A DNA stretch of 64,000 nt from Rikenellaceae bacterium (GTDB lineage Bacteria > Bacteroidota > Bacteroidia > Bacteroidales > Rikenellaceae): positions 2,352 through 66,351 of the forward strand of contig JAVBVG010000013.1 in NCBI GenBank assembly GCA_031554415.1, in the 5' to 3' direction. Positions 8,510 to 17,835 of the stretch are shown here, piece after piece (position 1 is the stretch's first letter; each line of letters opens with the position of its first letter). The translations under genes were made by a program, and so were the position numbers. Under the pieces are notes generated by a model. It did no database searches. It had not been told where the DNA came from and worked only from the letters and a program-made list of their open reading frames with translations.

Positions 8510-9085
8510 TTAATAATTTCCCTTCTTCGGCTCGAAGTAGGACTGCGGGTGCTGGCAGGCGGGACATTTCTGCGGCGCCTTTTTGCCCTTGTGGACGTAA
8601 CCGCAGTTGCGGCACTGCCATTCGGTGTCCTCTTCGCGTTCGAAAACGCCCTCGGCCTCGACCCTTTCAAGAAGGATACGGTAGCGGCGCTCATGTTCGG
8701 CCTCGACCATCCCGATGCGGCGGAAAGCCTCGGCGATCTCCGGAAAGCCCTCCTCGTCGGCATCCTTCGCAAAATCGCGGTAAAGTATATCCCACTCTTC
8801 GTGCTCTCCCTCGGCGGCGGCCAGCAGATTCTCGGCCGTGGTGCCGATCTTACCAGCCGGATAGCTGGCGGTTATCTCGACCATGCCCCCTTCGAGGAAC
8901 TTGAAGAAACGCTTGGCGTGCTCCTTCTCCTGGTCAGCGGTTTCGAGGAAAACGCCCGCGATCTGTTCGTAGCCCTCTTTCTTGGCCACGCTCGCGAAGA
9001 AAGTGTAGCGTGTGCGGGCCTGGGATTCGCCTGCAAATGATTTCAGAAGGTTCTGTTCGGTTTTAGTGCCTTTGATGCTTTTCAT
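8510..9085 (-). CDS. rbr: Rubrerythrin
   Basis: An N-terminal ferritin-like di-iron domain (EHAKRF, EGEHEEW) is followed by a C-terminal rubredoxin domain (CRNCG...CPAC). Confidence 0.95.
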   Translation of the reverse strand: MKSIKGTKTEQNLLKSFAGESQARTRYTFFASVAKKEGYEQIAGVFLETADQEKEHAKRFFKFLEGGMVEITASYPAGKIGTTAENLLAAAEGEHEEWDILYRDFAKDADEEGFPEIAEAFRRIGMVEAEHERRYRILLERVEAEGVFEREEDTEWQCRNCGYVHKGKKAPQKCPACQHPQSYFEPKKGNY

Positions 9086-9210
9086 AATCCGTAAGTTTTT
9101 TAGTTATATATTTTTATCTCCGTCACACAATATACGAGTAATCTACTCTGTTACCTCCGTCGCAAGATGCCTCCACCGGCCTGCTGCCGACAGTCGGCAC
9201 TCCGTCGGTG

Positions 9211-9233
9211 ATTATTTTGCAAAGCAAAATAAT
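9211..9233. promoter_or_regulatory. Perfect 10-bp-arm palindrome ATTATTTTGC-aaa-GCAAAATAAT upstream of rbr (candidate operator)
   Basis: Read directly from the sequence. It lies about 125-150 nt upstream of the rbr start, in an AT-rich divergent intergenic region. Confidence 0.35.
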
Positions 9234-9430
9234 TGGAATGATTACAAAAATCTGGGTTATGCAAATGTACTGTTTTTTGCCTTAATTACAATAATCGGGC
9301 CGATAATAATTTCTTATACAGGTATAAATCCAGGCTATGTGCCGGGGATGACGATCGCCCGCGAAGGATGGCGTTTTAAAAAATGTTAAAAAAAGAACCT
9401 ATATAAATGGGTATTTACAAAAGAGTTCGC

Positions 9431-9463
9431 TAATTTTGCGGCAACTTTAAAGTGTTATTTTTG
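9431..9463 (+). promoter_or_regulatory. Two candidate Bacteroidetes -7 boxes (TAATTTTG, TATTTTTG) upstream of the mce operon
   Basis: Both match the TAnnTTTG consensus. They sit 50-80 nt upstream of the ATG at 9514. Confidence 0.4.
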
Positions 9464-9513
9464 TAACACGCCCTTAACTCGGTTAAAACCACTATCTTAA
9501 AAGAAAAACGGAA

Positions 9514-9921
9514 ATGAACATTTCTCACATCGAGCACCTCGGCATAGCCGTCAGAAGCCTCGAAGAATCGATCCCCTATTACGAAAAAGTACTGGGACTG
9601 AAGTGCTACAGCATCGAAGAGGTGCCCGACCAGAAAGTCCGCACCGCTTTTTTCAAAGTCGGCCAGACCAAGATTGAACTTCTCGAACCCATGAGCGAGG
9701 ACTCCACCATCGCCAAGTTCATCGAGAACAGGGGAGAAGGCGTACACCACATCGCATTTGCCGTCAAGAACATCGAGGATGCGCTGGCCGAGGCGGAAGC
9801 CGACGGGGTGCGCCTCATCGACAAGGCACCGCGCAAGGGAGCTGAAGGGATGACGATCGCCTTCCTCCATCCGAAGTCGACCGGAGGGGTTCTTACCGAA
9901 TTCTGCGAAGATTTGTCGTGA
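9514..9921 (+). CDS. mce: Methylmalonyl-CoA epimerase (VOC family)
   Basis: Signature stretches are HIEHLGIAV...[11 protein letters not shown]. It is 135 aa and heads the mmd operon. Confidence 0.9.
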   Translation: MNISHIEHLGIAVRSLEESIPYYEKVLGLKCYSIEEVPDQKVRTAFFKVGQTKIELLEPMSEDSTIAKFIENRGEGVHHIAFAVKNIEDALAEAEADGVRLIDKAPRKGAEGMTIAFLHPKSTGGVLTEFCEDLS

Positions 9922-10072
9922 TAAGAGCTATTCTGCTGCCTTTATCTCAAAAATAGCTCGGTCATTTACTATTAGTAAACTCCCTTGCGATTTTTATCGA
10001 CGGCGTTGCAGAACAGCTCTTCTGACGACAAATCGGTCGGGGTAATTTGAAATAAACAATCCAAAAATAGCT

Positions 10073-11644
10073 ATGAGCAATAACAACATTCAGGAAAAGA
10101 TCAACCAGTTGATCGAATACCGCGAGAAAGCCCATCTCGGAGGCGGCCAGAAGAGGATCGACTCGCAGCACGCCAAGGGCAAGTTCACCGCGCGCGAAAG
10201 GATCCACATGCTTCTCGACGAAGGCAGCTTCGAAGAGTTCGACATGTTCGTCGAACACCGCTGCACCAACTTTGGAATGGAAAAGGAGCACTACTTCGGC
10301 GACGGCGTGATCACCGGTTACGGAACGATCGACGGAAGACTCGTCTATGTCTTCGCGCAGGACTTCACCGTTTTCGGGGGCTCGCTCTCGAAGACCATGT
10401 CGGAAAAGATCTGCAAGGTGATGGATATGGCGTTGCGTCTGGGCGCTCCCTGCATCGGCATCAACGACTCGGGCGGCGCGCGCATCCAGGAGGGTATAGA
10501 CGCCCTTGCCGGATACGCCGAGATCTTCCAGCGCAACGTGATGGCTTCGGGAGTCATTCCCCAGATATCCGCCATCTTCGGCCCGTCGGCCGGCGGCGCG
10601 GTCTACTCGCCGACACTCACCGACTTCGTCATCATGAAGAAGAACACCAGCTATATGTTCCTCACCGGGCCCAAAGTCGTCAAGACCGTGACGGGCGAAG
10701 ACGTAACGCAGGAACAGCTCGGCGGAGCTTCGATGCACACCACCAAATCGGGCGTGGCGCAGTTCGCCGTCGAAACCGAGGAAGAGGGTTTCGCCCTGAT
10801 AGCCAAATTGCTAAGCTATATGCCGCAGAACAATATGGAGGATGCTCCGCTGGCGGTATGCACCGACTCGATCAACCGCCTGGAGGATTCGCTGAACGAC
10901 ATAATCCCCGACAGCCCCAACAAGCCTTACGACATGTTCGAGGTTATCCGCGCCGTCGTAGACAACGGGGAAATTCTGGAAGCGCACGACTCTTTCGCCA
11001 AGAATATCATCACCTGTTTCGCGCGCATGAACGGCCAGAGCGTCGGCATCATAGCCAACCAGCCCAAGTACATGGCCGGCGTGCTCGACATCAACGCCTC
11101 GCGCAAGGCCGCAAGGTTCGTCCGTTTCTGCGACGCGTTCAATATTCCCATCGTTACCTTCGTGGACGTTCCGGGATTCCTTCCGGGAACGGGACAGGAG
11201 TACGGCGGGGTCATCACCCACGGCGCCAAACTGCTCTTCGCATACTGCGAGGCCACGGTTCCCAAGGTTACCGTCACGCTGCGCAAATCCTACGGAGGCG
11301 CCTATATCGTGATGTCTTCGAAGCACATCCGAGGCGACATCAACTATGCGTGGCCCACCGCTGAGATCGCGGTGATGGGTGCAAGCGGAGCCGTCGAAGT
11401 GTTGTACGCCAAGGAGATCGCAAAACTCGAAGAGAATCCCGAAGAGAAGGCCGCGTTCATCGCCGAAAAGGAGAAAGAGTACCAGGACAAGTTCTCGAAT
11501 CCCTACCAGGCTGCCAAATACGGCTACATCGACGACGTGATCGAGCCGCGCAACACGCGCTTCCGCGTTATCCGCGCGCTGCAGTCGCTCGCCACAAAAC
11601 GGCTCGTCAATCCGGCCAAGAAACACTCCAACATCCCACTGTAG
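10073..11644 (+). CDS. mmdA: Methylmalonyl-CoA decarboxylase alpha subunit (carboxyltransferase)
   Basis: A 523-aa acyl-CoA carboxyltransferase fold ([20 protein letters not shown]-like motifs). Operon context agrees. Confidence 0.92.
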   Translation: MSNNNIQEKINQLIEYREKAHLGGGQKRIDSQHAKGKFTARERIHMLLDEGSFEEFDMFVEHRCTNFGMEKEHYFGDGVITGYGTIDGRLVYVFAQDFTVFGGSLSKTMSEKICKVMDMALRLGAPCIGINDSGGARIQEGIDALAGYAEIFQRNVMASGVIPQISAIFGPSAGGAVYSPTLTDFVIMKKNTSYMFLTGPKVVKTVTGEDVTQEQLGGASMHTTKSGVAQFAVETEEEGFALIAKLLSYMPQNNMEDAPLAVCTDSINRLEDSLNDIIPDSPNKPYDMFEVIRAVVDNGEILEAHDSFAKNIITCFARMNGQSVGIIANQPKYMAGVLDINASRKAARFVRFCDAFNIPIVTFVDVPGFLPGTGQEYGGVITHGAKLLFAYCEATVPKVTVTLRKSYGGAYIVMSSKHIRGDINYAWPTAEIAVMGASGAVEVLYAKEIAKLEENPEEKAAFIAEKEKEYQDKFSNPYQAAKYGYIDDVIEPRNTRFRVIRALQSLATKRLVNPAKKHSNIPL

Positions 11645-11646
11645 CG

Positions 11647-12549
11647 ATGAGAAGAGTATTATTGACAATCATTGCGGTACTCGGCGCGGCCTCGATGGCG
11701 GCGCAGGGTGTCAACAATGTACGGATAAACGAGGTCCTCGTCATCAACGAAGACAACTATATGGACGACTTCGGGCACCGGTCGTCGTGGATAGAGCTCT
11801 TCAATGCCGGTTACGAGGCTGTGAACGTGGGCGCGTGCTACCTGGGAGCGACGACCGCCGACGGAGAGGAGATACGATACCAGATACCCAAAGGCGACCC
11901 CGCGACCAGGATGAGCGCGCAGACCTACCTCGTGTTCTTCTGCGAGGGAACGGCGACGAAGGGCACGTTCTATACCAGCTTCACGCTCGACGACGTGGTG
12001 AAGATTACGCTCTATAACGCCAACAACAAGACCGTTATAGACGAATTCCCGATAGACCCGGCGGCGCAGGTGGCCGATATTTCGATAGGATATATGCGGG
12101 CGAATGTGCTGGAAGAGGCCGTTATAACTAAACTCCCGAGGACCACGCCCAACGCTACCAACGAAACGCTCGACAATGTTCCCAAACACGAACTTTTCCG
12201 CCAGAGGGACTCCTCTGGCGTCGTGATGGCGATCATAGCCATGTCGGTGGTATTCATTGCTCTGGTGCTTATATTCCTTGTGCTCAAAGGATTCGGCGCG
12301 TTCATGATATGGCTCGGTAAAAGGAAGGACAAGCCGGTGGAAAAGATGACCATCGCCTCCTCCAAAAAGAAAGCGTCGGAGAAGGTCGAGGAGGAGCTCG
12401 CCGCGGTCGCACTGGCCCTCAAGATGTACCAGGAAGACCTCCATATCAGGGAAGCTACCGTCATTACCATTAACCGCGCAAGCAGGGTCTACTCGCCGTG
12501 GAGCTCGAAAATACACGGCATCCCATCAATGCCAACCAAGAAAAATTAG
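11647..12549 (+). CDS. Lamin-tail-domain / OadG-family (decarboxylase small membrane subunit) fusion protein
   Basis: A signal peptide is followed by an LTD-like stretch, VRINEVLVINED...SWIELFNAG. Then come one TM helix (VVMAIIAMSVVFIALVLIFLVL) and an OadG-like tail (EEELAAVALALKMY). Confidence 0.7.
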   Translation: MRRVLLTIIAVLGAASMAAQGVNNVRINEVLVINEDNYMDDFGHRSSWIELFNAGYEAVNVGACYLGATTADGEEIRYQIPKGDPATRMSAQTYLVFFCEGTATKGTFYTSFTLDDVVKITLYNANNKTVIDEFPIDPAAQVADISIGYMRANVLEEAVITKLPRTTPNATNETLDNVPKHELFRQRDSSGVVMAIIAMSVVFIALVLIFLVLKGFGAFMIWLGKRKDKPVEKMTIASSKKKASEKVEEELAAVALALKMYQEDLHIREATVITINRASRVYSPWSSKIHGIPSMPTKKN

Positions 12550-12555
12550 ATTTTT

Positions 12556-13008
12556 ATGAAAGAATATAAGTTCAGGATCAACGGAAACGAATACGAGGTG
12601 GCCGTGGACAATGTCGAGAACGGTGTCGCAAAGGTCTCGGTCAACGGCACAAAATACGAAGTGGAGGTGGAGAGCAACACGCTCATGAAGCCCAAACCCG
12701 CAAAACCGGTGCAGGTCGCCCCGGCAACCTATTCGGCCGCTCCGGCCGTTACGCCGGCCAAGATAAACCAGGCGGCTCCCGCGGGCGGCGGTTCGGCGAC
12801 CCCGCTCAAAAGCCCCCTTCCGGGCGTCATACTCGACGTGAAAGTCCGCGAGGGCGATACCGTTAAAGAGGGGCAGCTGCTGATGATACTCGAGGCCATG
12901 AAAATGGAGAACAACATCGACGCGCACAAATCGGGCGTGGTGAAAAGCATCGTCAAACGCCAGGGCGACTCGGTACTCGAAGGCGATGTGCTGTTAACGA
13001 TAGAATAG
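12556..13008 (+). CDS. mmdC: Biotin carboxyl carrier protein of the decarboxylase
   Basis: It carries the biotinylation motif EAMKMEN and a Pro/Ala linker. Confidence 0.9.
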   Translation: MKEYKFRINGNEYEVAVDNVENGVAKVSVNGTKYEVEVESNTLMKPKPAKPVQVAPATYSAAPAVTPAKINQAAPAGGGSATPLKSPLPGVILDVKVREGDTVKEGQLLMILEAMKMENNIDAHKSGVVKSIVKRQGDSVLEGDVLLTIE

Positions 13009-13014
13009 GCGCTT

Positions 13015-14187
13015 ATGTTGACATTATTGGAAAGCAGCGGGTTCGCCTCGTTCATCGTCGAGAACCTCAAAGTATTCTGGACATTCACCGGTTTCCACAA
13101 CGCAACGTGGGGACACCTGGTGATGATATGCGTCGGCTTGTTCTTCCTCTATCTCGGGATAGCCAAAAAATGGGAGCCGATGCTGCTGGTCCCCATAGGC
13201 TTCGGGATACTGGTGGGAAACATTCCGTTCTTTCCCGGTCTCGGGATCGGCATCTATGAAGAGGGCTCGGTGCTCAACTATCTCTATTTCGGGGTGCTGA
13301 AAGGGATCTACCCCCCGTTGATATTCCTCGGGATCGGGGCGATGACCGACTTTTCGGCGCTTATATCCAATCCGAAGCTGATGACGATCGGCGCCGCCGC
13401 CCAGTTGGGTATCTTCGGCGCCTACCTGCTTGCCCTCGCCTTCGGGTTCACGGCGTCGGAGGCCGGCGCGATAGGCATTATCGGAGGCGCGGACGGCCCC
13501 ACGGCAATCTTCCTTTCGAGCAAGCTGGCGCCCGACCTGATGGGGGCTATCGCCATAGCGGCCTATTCCTATATGGCCCTCGTGCCGCTGATCCAGCCCC
13601 CTATCATGAAGCTCCTCACCACCAGGAAGGAGCGCGTGATCAAAATGAAGCCGCCGCGTCCGGTGTCGCAGACCGAGAAGATACTCTTCCCGATCATCGG
13701 TTTCCTGATGACATGTTTCCTCGTTCCGTCGGGGCTTCCGCTGCTGGGTATGCTTTTCTTCGGCAACCTGCTCAAGGAGAGCGGGGTTACCAAACGCCTC
13801 GCAACCACCGCCGGCGGGCCGCTCATCGACATCGTTACGATCCTTATAGGGCTTACCGTGGGGGCTTCCACGCAGGCCACTACATTCCTGACCACGAAAT
13901 CGATCATGATTTTCGGCCTCGGGGCCATTTCGTTCATCGTCGCCACTTTCGGCGGGGTGCTCTTCGTGAAGTTCCTCAACCTGTTCCTCAGGGAAGGCAA
14001 CAAGATCAACCCCCTTATCGGCAACTCGGGGGTGTCGGCCGTACCCGACGCCGCACGCGTATCGCAGGACGTGGGGCTGCACTACGACAAGACAAACCAC
14101 CTGCTGATGCACGCGATGGGGCCCAATGTGGCCGGCGTGATCGGCAGCGCGGTCGCCGCGGGTATCCTGTTAGGCTTCCTCGGTTAA
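13015..14187 (+). CDS. mmdB: Na+-translocating decarboxylase beta subunit
   Basis: A 390-aa polytopic membrane protein of OadB/MmdB type. Operon context agrees. Confidence 0.92.
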   Translation: MLTLLESSGFASFIVENLKVFWTFTGFHNATWGHLVMICVGLFFLYLGIAKKWEPMLLVPIGFGILVGNIPFFPGLGIGIYEEGSVLNYLYFGVLKGIYPPLIFLGIGAMTDFSALISNPKLMTIGAAAQLGIFGAYLLALAFGFTASEAGAIGIIGGADGPTAIFLSSKLAPDLMGAIAIAAYSYMALVPLIQPPIMKLLTTRKERVIKMKPPRPVSQTEKILFPIIGFLMTCFLVPSGLPLLGMLFFGNLLKESGVTKRLATTAGGPLIDIVTILIGLTVGASTQATTFLTTKSIMIFGLGAISFIVATFGGVLFVKFLNLFLREGNKINPLIGNSGVSAVPDAARVSQDVGLHYDKTNHLLMHAMGPNVAGVIGSAVAAGILLGFLG

Positions 14188-14233
14188 GCGGTAGCGGCCG
14201 CGGCGATTAAAAAATAGACAAATGCCGTATTCA

Positions 14234-14266
14234 AAAAGGCTGCTCTGTTTTTGGGCAGCCTTTTTG
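14234..14266 (+). terminator. Intrinsic terminator after mmdB
   Basis: The stem is aaaaggctgc/gcagcctttt, followed by a T-run. Confidence 0.6.
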
Positions 14267-14309
14267 CTTGATGCATAAATATAATTGTAAAATATTCTTC
14301 GAAAGAAAA

Positions 14310-15101
14310 ATGAAAAATATGAAAAGAACCGCTCTTTACCTTTTTGCCGCAGCCGTCGCTTTGGGTGCGTCAGGCTGCTCTACCCTGAAGAACGTCGATG
14401 CCGGAAGGGTGCTTTCGGCCGGAGCCACCGCTGCCCAGGCTGCCTCCATAACCGATGCCGACATAGTGGAAATGAGCCGCCAGGCGATGGTGGTCAACGA
14501 CAGCGAGAACAAGATCGCGCCGTCGACCTCGCCCTATGCGCAGAGGCTGGCGAAGTTGACGAACGGGCTTACGGGTTACGACGGCCTAAAGCTGAACTTC
14601 AAGGTCTATATTACCAATGATGTGAATGCGTTCGCATCTGGCGACGGGAGCGTGCGCGTCTACTCGGGCCTGATGGACGTGATGGACGACAACGAACTGA
14701 TGGCGATCGTCGGCCACGAGATCGGCCATGTGAAAAACCAGGATACGAAGGACGCCGTGAAGAACGCCTATCTTTCGGCAGCCGCAAGGGAGGCCGTCGG
14801 AGCGGTGGGCGGCACCGTTGGCATGCTGAGCGATTCGATGCTCGGCGATATCGCCCTGTCGCTCACCAGCGCGAAGTATTCGCGGACGCAGGAGACCGCC
14901 GCCGACGAGTACGGGTTCCAGTTTACGGTAAAGAACGGTTTCGACCCCTACGCGATGGCCAATTCGATGAAGAAGCTGCAGGAGATATCGGGCGGCAGCG
15001 GTTCGACGCTGGGGCTGGCGCAGGCTTTCTCGTCGCACCCCGACACTGCGGCCCGCGAAAAGAAGATGCGCGAAAAGGCGGACGCCTATCTAAAGAAATG
15101 A
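14310..15101 (+). CDS. M48-family zinc metallopeptidase lipoprotein
   Basis: The lipobox is GASGCS and the zinc motif is HEIGH (IVGHEIGHVKNQD). The start is taken at MKNMKR inside ORF 14268..15101. Confidence 0.85.
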   Translation: MKNMKRTALYLFAAAVALGASGCSTLKNVDAGRVLSAGATAAQAASITDADIVEMSRQAMVVNDSENKIAPSTSPYAQRLAKLTNGLTGYDGLKLNFKVYITNDVNAFASGDGSVRVYSGLMDVMDDNELMAIVGHEIGHVKNQDTKDAVKNAYLSAAAREAVGAVGGTVGMLSDSMLGDIALSLTSAKYSRTQETAADEYGFQFTVKNGFDPYAMANSMKKLQEISGGSGSTLGLAQAFSSHPDTAAREKKMREKADAYLKK

Positions 15102-15263
15102 AAGATGAAAGATGAAAGAAAGGACATACCGTCCGGCGTGTGGAAATAACATCTCCAAATCAAAATCGGGAACTGCTGGCAGTTCCCGATTTTGTTATAA
15201 GAAGCGGCTGAAAGCCGCACTTAAATCTTTCATCTTTCATCTTTCATCTTTCATTCTTCATCT
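15096..15263. repeat. Composite heptad-arm hairpin element filling a convergent intergenic region (bidirectional terminator module)
   Basis: The left arm is (TGAAAGA)x3 and the right arm is (TCTTTCA)x4-5. Two inner GC hairpins are enclosed: atcgggaactgc/gcagttcccgat and gcggc-tgaaa-gccgc. Confidence 0.75.
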
Positions 15264-16216
15264 CACAGCGATTCGAGGATGCGTTTCAGGACGACCTGGG
15301 CCGAGATCTCGCGGTTGGCCGCCTCGGGAATCACGATCGACCGGGTGCTCTCGATCACGTCGTCCGTGACGATCATGTTGCGGCGCACGGGCAGGCAGTG
15401 CATGAAAAAGGCGTTGTCCGTCAGAGCCATCTTCTCGCTGTCCACCGTCCAGGCGCGGTCCGTGCTCAGTATCTTTCCGTAATTGGGATCGGCCCACGCG
15501 GCCCAGTTCTTGGCGTAGATGAATTCGGCCCCCTCGAAAGCCTTGCGCTGGTCGTACTCCACCTTCGCTTTTCCGACGAACTGCGGGTCGAGTTCGTAGC
15601 CGTGCGGATGGGTGATGACGAAATCGTAGTCCGCGGCGTTCATCCACTCGGCAAACGAGTTGGGAACGGCCTGCGGAAGGGCCTTGGGATGCGGGGCCCA
15701 TGTCAGCACCACTTTCGGACGCTCGGTGCGCTTATACTCCTCTATAGTGATGAGGTCGGCGAAACTCTGAAGCGGGTGGCGGGTGGCTGCCTCCATGCTC
15801 ACCACCGGACGCCCCGAATGTTCGATGAACTGGTTGAGAACCTTCTCGCTGTAGTCGTCGGCCTTGTTTTCGAACTGCGCGAAGGAACGCACCCCGATAA
15901 TGTCGCAGTAGGCGCCCATCACCGGAACGGCTTCGAGGAGGTGTTCGGGTTTGTCGCCGTCCATGATGACGCCCCGCTCGGTTTCGAGTTTCCACGCCCC
16001 CTGGTTGATGTCCAGCACCATGACGTTCATCCCCAGGTTCTGCGCCGCCTTCTGGGTGCTGAGGCGCGTGCGCAGGCTGGAGTTGAAGAATATCATTATC
16101 AGGGTCTTGCTCTTTCCCAGAGTGTCCCAGGCGTAGCGGTCGCGCTTGACCTCCATGGCTTCGGCGACGGCCTTACGCAGGTCGCCGATATCCTTGACAT
16201 TCGTAAAGTGTTTCAT
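15263..16216 (-). CDS. argF: N-acyl(succinyl/acetyl)-ornithine carbamoyltransferase (argF'-type)
   Basis: It has the SLRTR carbamoyl-phosphate motif and HCLP. At 317 aa it matches the length of the Bacteroides argF' class. Confidence 0.88.
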   Translation of the reverse strand: MKHFTNVKDIGDLRKAVAEAMEVKRDRYAWDTLGKSKTLIMIFFNSSLRTRLSTQKAAQNLGMNVMVLDINQGAWKLETERGVIMDGDKPEHLLEAVPVMGAYCDIIGVRSFAQFENKADDYSEKVLNQFIEHSGRPVVSMEAATRHPLQSFADLITIEEYKRTERPKVVLTWAPHPKALPQAVPNSFAEWMNAADYDFVITHPHGYELDPQFVGKAKVEYDQRKAFEGAEFIYAKNWAAWADPNYGKILSTDRAWTVDSEKMALTDNAFFMHCLPVRRNMIVTDDVIESTRSIVIPEAANREISAQVVLKRILESL

Positions 16217-16266
16217 TTTACAGTTATGAGTTATGAGTCGGCGGTGTGATTCGCACGATTTTTTTA

Positions 16267-16905
16267 TTAAACAGACCTCGGCGTTTCGACTTTTGGACGG
16301 GGTTGGAGTTTATCTCCCCACATCTTATCAATTAATTTCCACACCCACAGCATCAGCAGGCCGATTATGGTGCCCGCGACGAGGCCGAAAGTTATGTCGA
16401 GCGGAAAATGGACACCCAGGTACATGCGCGAATAGCACGTAAGCACCACATAAAGCACCGAAAAGATCGTGATCCAGCGGTTTCGGGCTATTCCGGCCGA
16501 GGTGAGCGCGATGGCCATCGAAGTGGCCGCGTGTCCCGACACCGTGCCGTGCCAGCCCCCCTTGTAATAGCCTCCGCCCGGTTTGTAGATGTTCCACACC
16601 GAATCGACCATGTCGTTGATCCGCGGATCGTGGCAGGGCCGGAGCTTGGGGAAGTGGCCTTTGAAAAAATTGGCGGTCTGGTCGGCCAGCGCCAGCGCTA
16701 TCGCCACGACGGCTATCGCCACCAGCATTTTCCGCCAGCCGAACTTGTGCCAGATCACCCAGATAGCCGCAACGTAGAGGGGTATCCAGCACCATCCCTG
16801 GGATACGGTCAGCCAGAAAACGTCCCAGCCGCATCCCCAACTGCCGTTCACGGCCAGGAGCCACTGCCGGTCCAGCTCCCAGATAGAGGTAAGATATGTT
16901 ATCAT
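16267..16905 (-). CDS. PAP2-family phosphatase (membrane)
   Basis: The three PAP2 motifs are present: KLRP, SGHA and SRMYLGVHFPLD. Confidence 0.85.
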   Translation of the reverse strand: MITYLTSIWELDRQWLLAVNGSWGCGWDVFWLTVSQGWCWIPLYVAAIWVIWHKFGWRKMLVAIAVVAIALALADQTANFFKGHFPKLRPCHDPRINDMVDSVWNIYKPGGGYYKGGWHGTVSGHAATSMAIALTSAGIARNRWITIFSVLYVVLTCYSRMYLGVHFPLDITFGLVAGTIIGLLMLWVWKLIDKMWGDKLQPRPKVETPRSV

Positions 16906-16912
16906 AAGCGTA

Positions 16913-17593
16913 TTAGTTTCGGTTGCGGAAGCTAAGATAATACAAAAGTGTGGCTATCGCGCTCAAGGCCGCCACCAGATAAGTCCGGGCCGCCCAGTTG
17001 AGGGCAGTGCGCGCCTGTGAAGCCTCTTCGCCCGTGAGGGTGCCGCTGTCGGTGAGCCACGCCATGGCGCGGTTCGAGGCGTTGTACTCCACCGGAAGCG
17101 TCACAAGCGCGAACAGCGCCGCAATGGCGATCATCCCGATCCCCACCCAGTAGACCGCCGGGAAGGTGTTTATCAGGATTATCCCGACTATCACCACGAT
17201 GAAAGACCACTGCGACGAGAACTGGATCATCGGAACCAGCGCCGAGCGCATTTTCAGCGGGGCGTAACCCACCGCGTGCTGTATGGCGTGGCCGCATTCG
17301 TGCGCCGCGACCGCCGCCGCCGATACGCTGTTCGAGCCGTAGACGCTCTCGCTCAGGTTGACCGTCTTGTTGCGGGGGTCGAAATGGTCGGTCAGGCGTC
17401 CCGGACTCGAGATCACCCTGACATCGTATATGACGTTGTCGCGCAGCATCTTCTCGGCCACGTCGCGGCCGGTCATGCCGCCTCGGAACATAACGTGCGA
17501 ATACTTGCTGAATACCGCCTGGAGCCTCCACTGCACCGCCATCCCCACCACTCCGATCACTATGATCAGTATCCATTCAATGTTTAGCATCAT
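16913..17593 (-). CDS. Membrane zinc metallopeptidase (Zn_peptidase_2 type)
   Basis: The zinc motif is HECGHAIQH. TM helices sit at both ends. Confidence 0.85.
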   Translation of the reverse strand: MMLNIEWILIIVIGVVGMAVQWRLQAVFSKYSHVMFRGGMTGRDVAEKMLRDNVIYDVRVISSPGRLTDHFDPRNKTVNLSESVYGSNSVSAAAVAAHECGHAIQHAVGYAPLKMRSALVPMIQFSSQWSFIVVIVGIILINTFPAVYWVGIGMIAIAALFALVTLPVEYNASNRAMAWLTDSGTLTGEEASQARTALNWAARTYLVAALSAIATLLYYLSFRNRN

Positions 17594-17654
17594 TTTCTAT
17601 CTCTTTATAAGTTTATTCATGTAACGTTTGAATATATGATTTATTTTTCAACTA

Positions 17655-17799
17655 CTTTTTGACCGGCAAAAAGTAGCAAAAACCGGCTCCACGTTCCAAA
17701 AAGCTACTGCGGTTTGTCTAAAATGGTACAGCTCTGAGCTGCGCACACGTTGAATTCCATTTTAGCCCGCACCTTCGTTTTACGCTTTTTGAAAAGCGG
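17655..17799. repeat. Third (solo) copy of the ~145-nt structured repeat unit
   Basis: It is colinear with 1181..1324. The ctaaaatgg/ccattttag stem is kept while the interior differs. Confidence 0.65.
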
Positions 17800-17835
17800 A
17801 GAGTCCGTCCGGCTGATGCCGGATAAGGATTGTAT

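Noticed and set aside
9012-9389. 125-aa ORF in the rbr/mce intergenic region
   Set aside because: It runs through AT-rich promoter DNA and overlaps the rbr 5' end. Its composition is odd and no start context supports it. The region is better explained as divergent regulatory DNA.
15096-15263. Possibility that the tandem heptamers (here and at 27494, 32725, 33930, 34737) are a CRISPR array or a minisatellite
   Set aside because: The units are 7 nt with no spacers, occur as inverted arms around hairpins, and lie at gene ends. No cas genes are present. They are treated instead as a palindromic element family.
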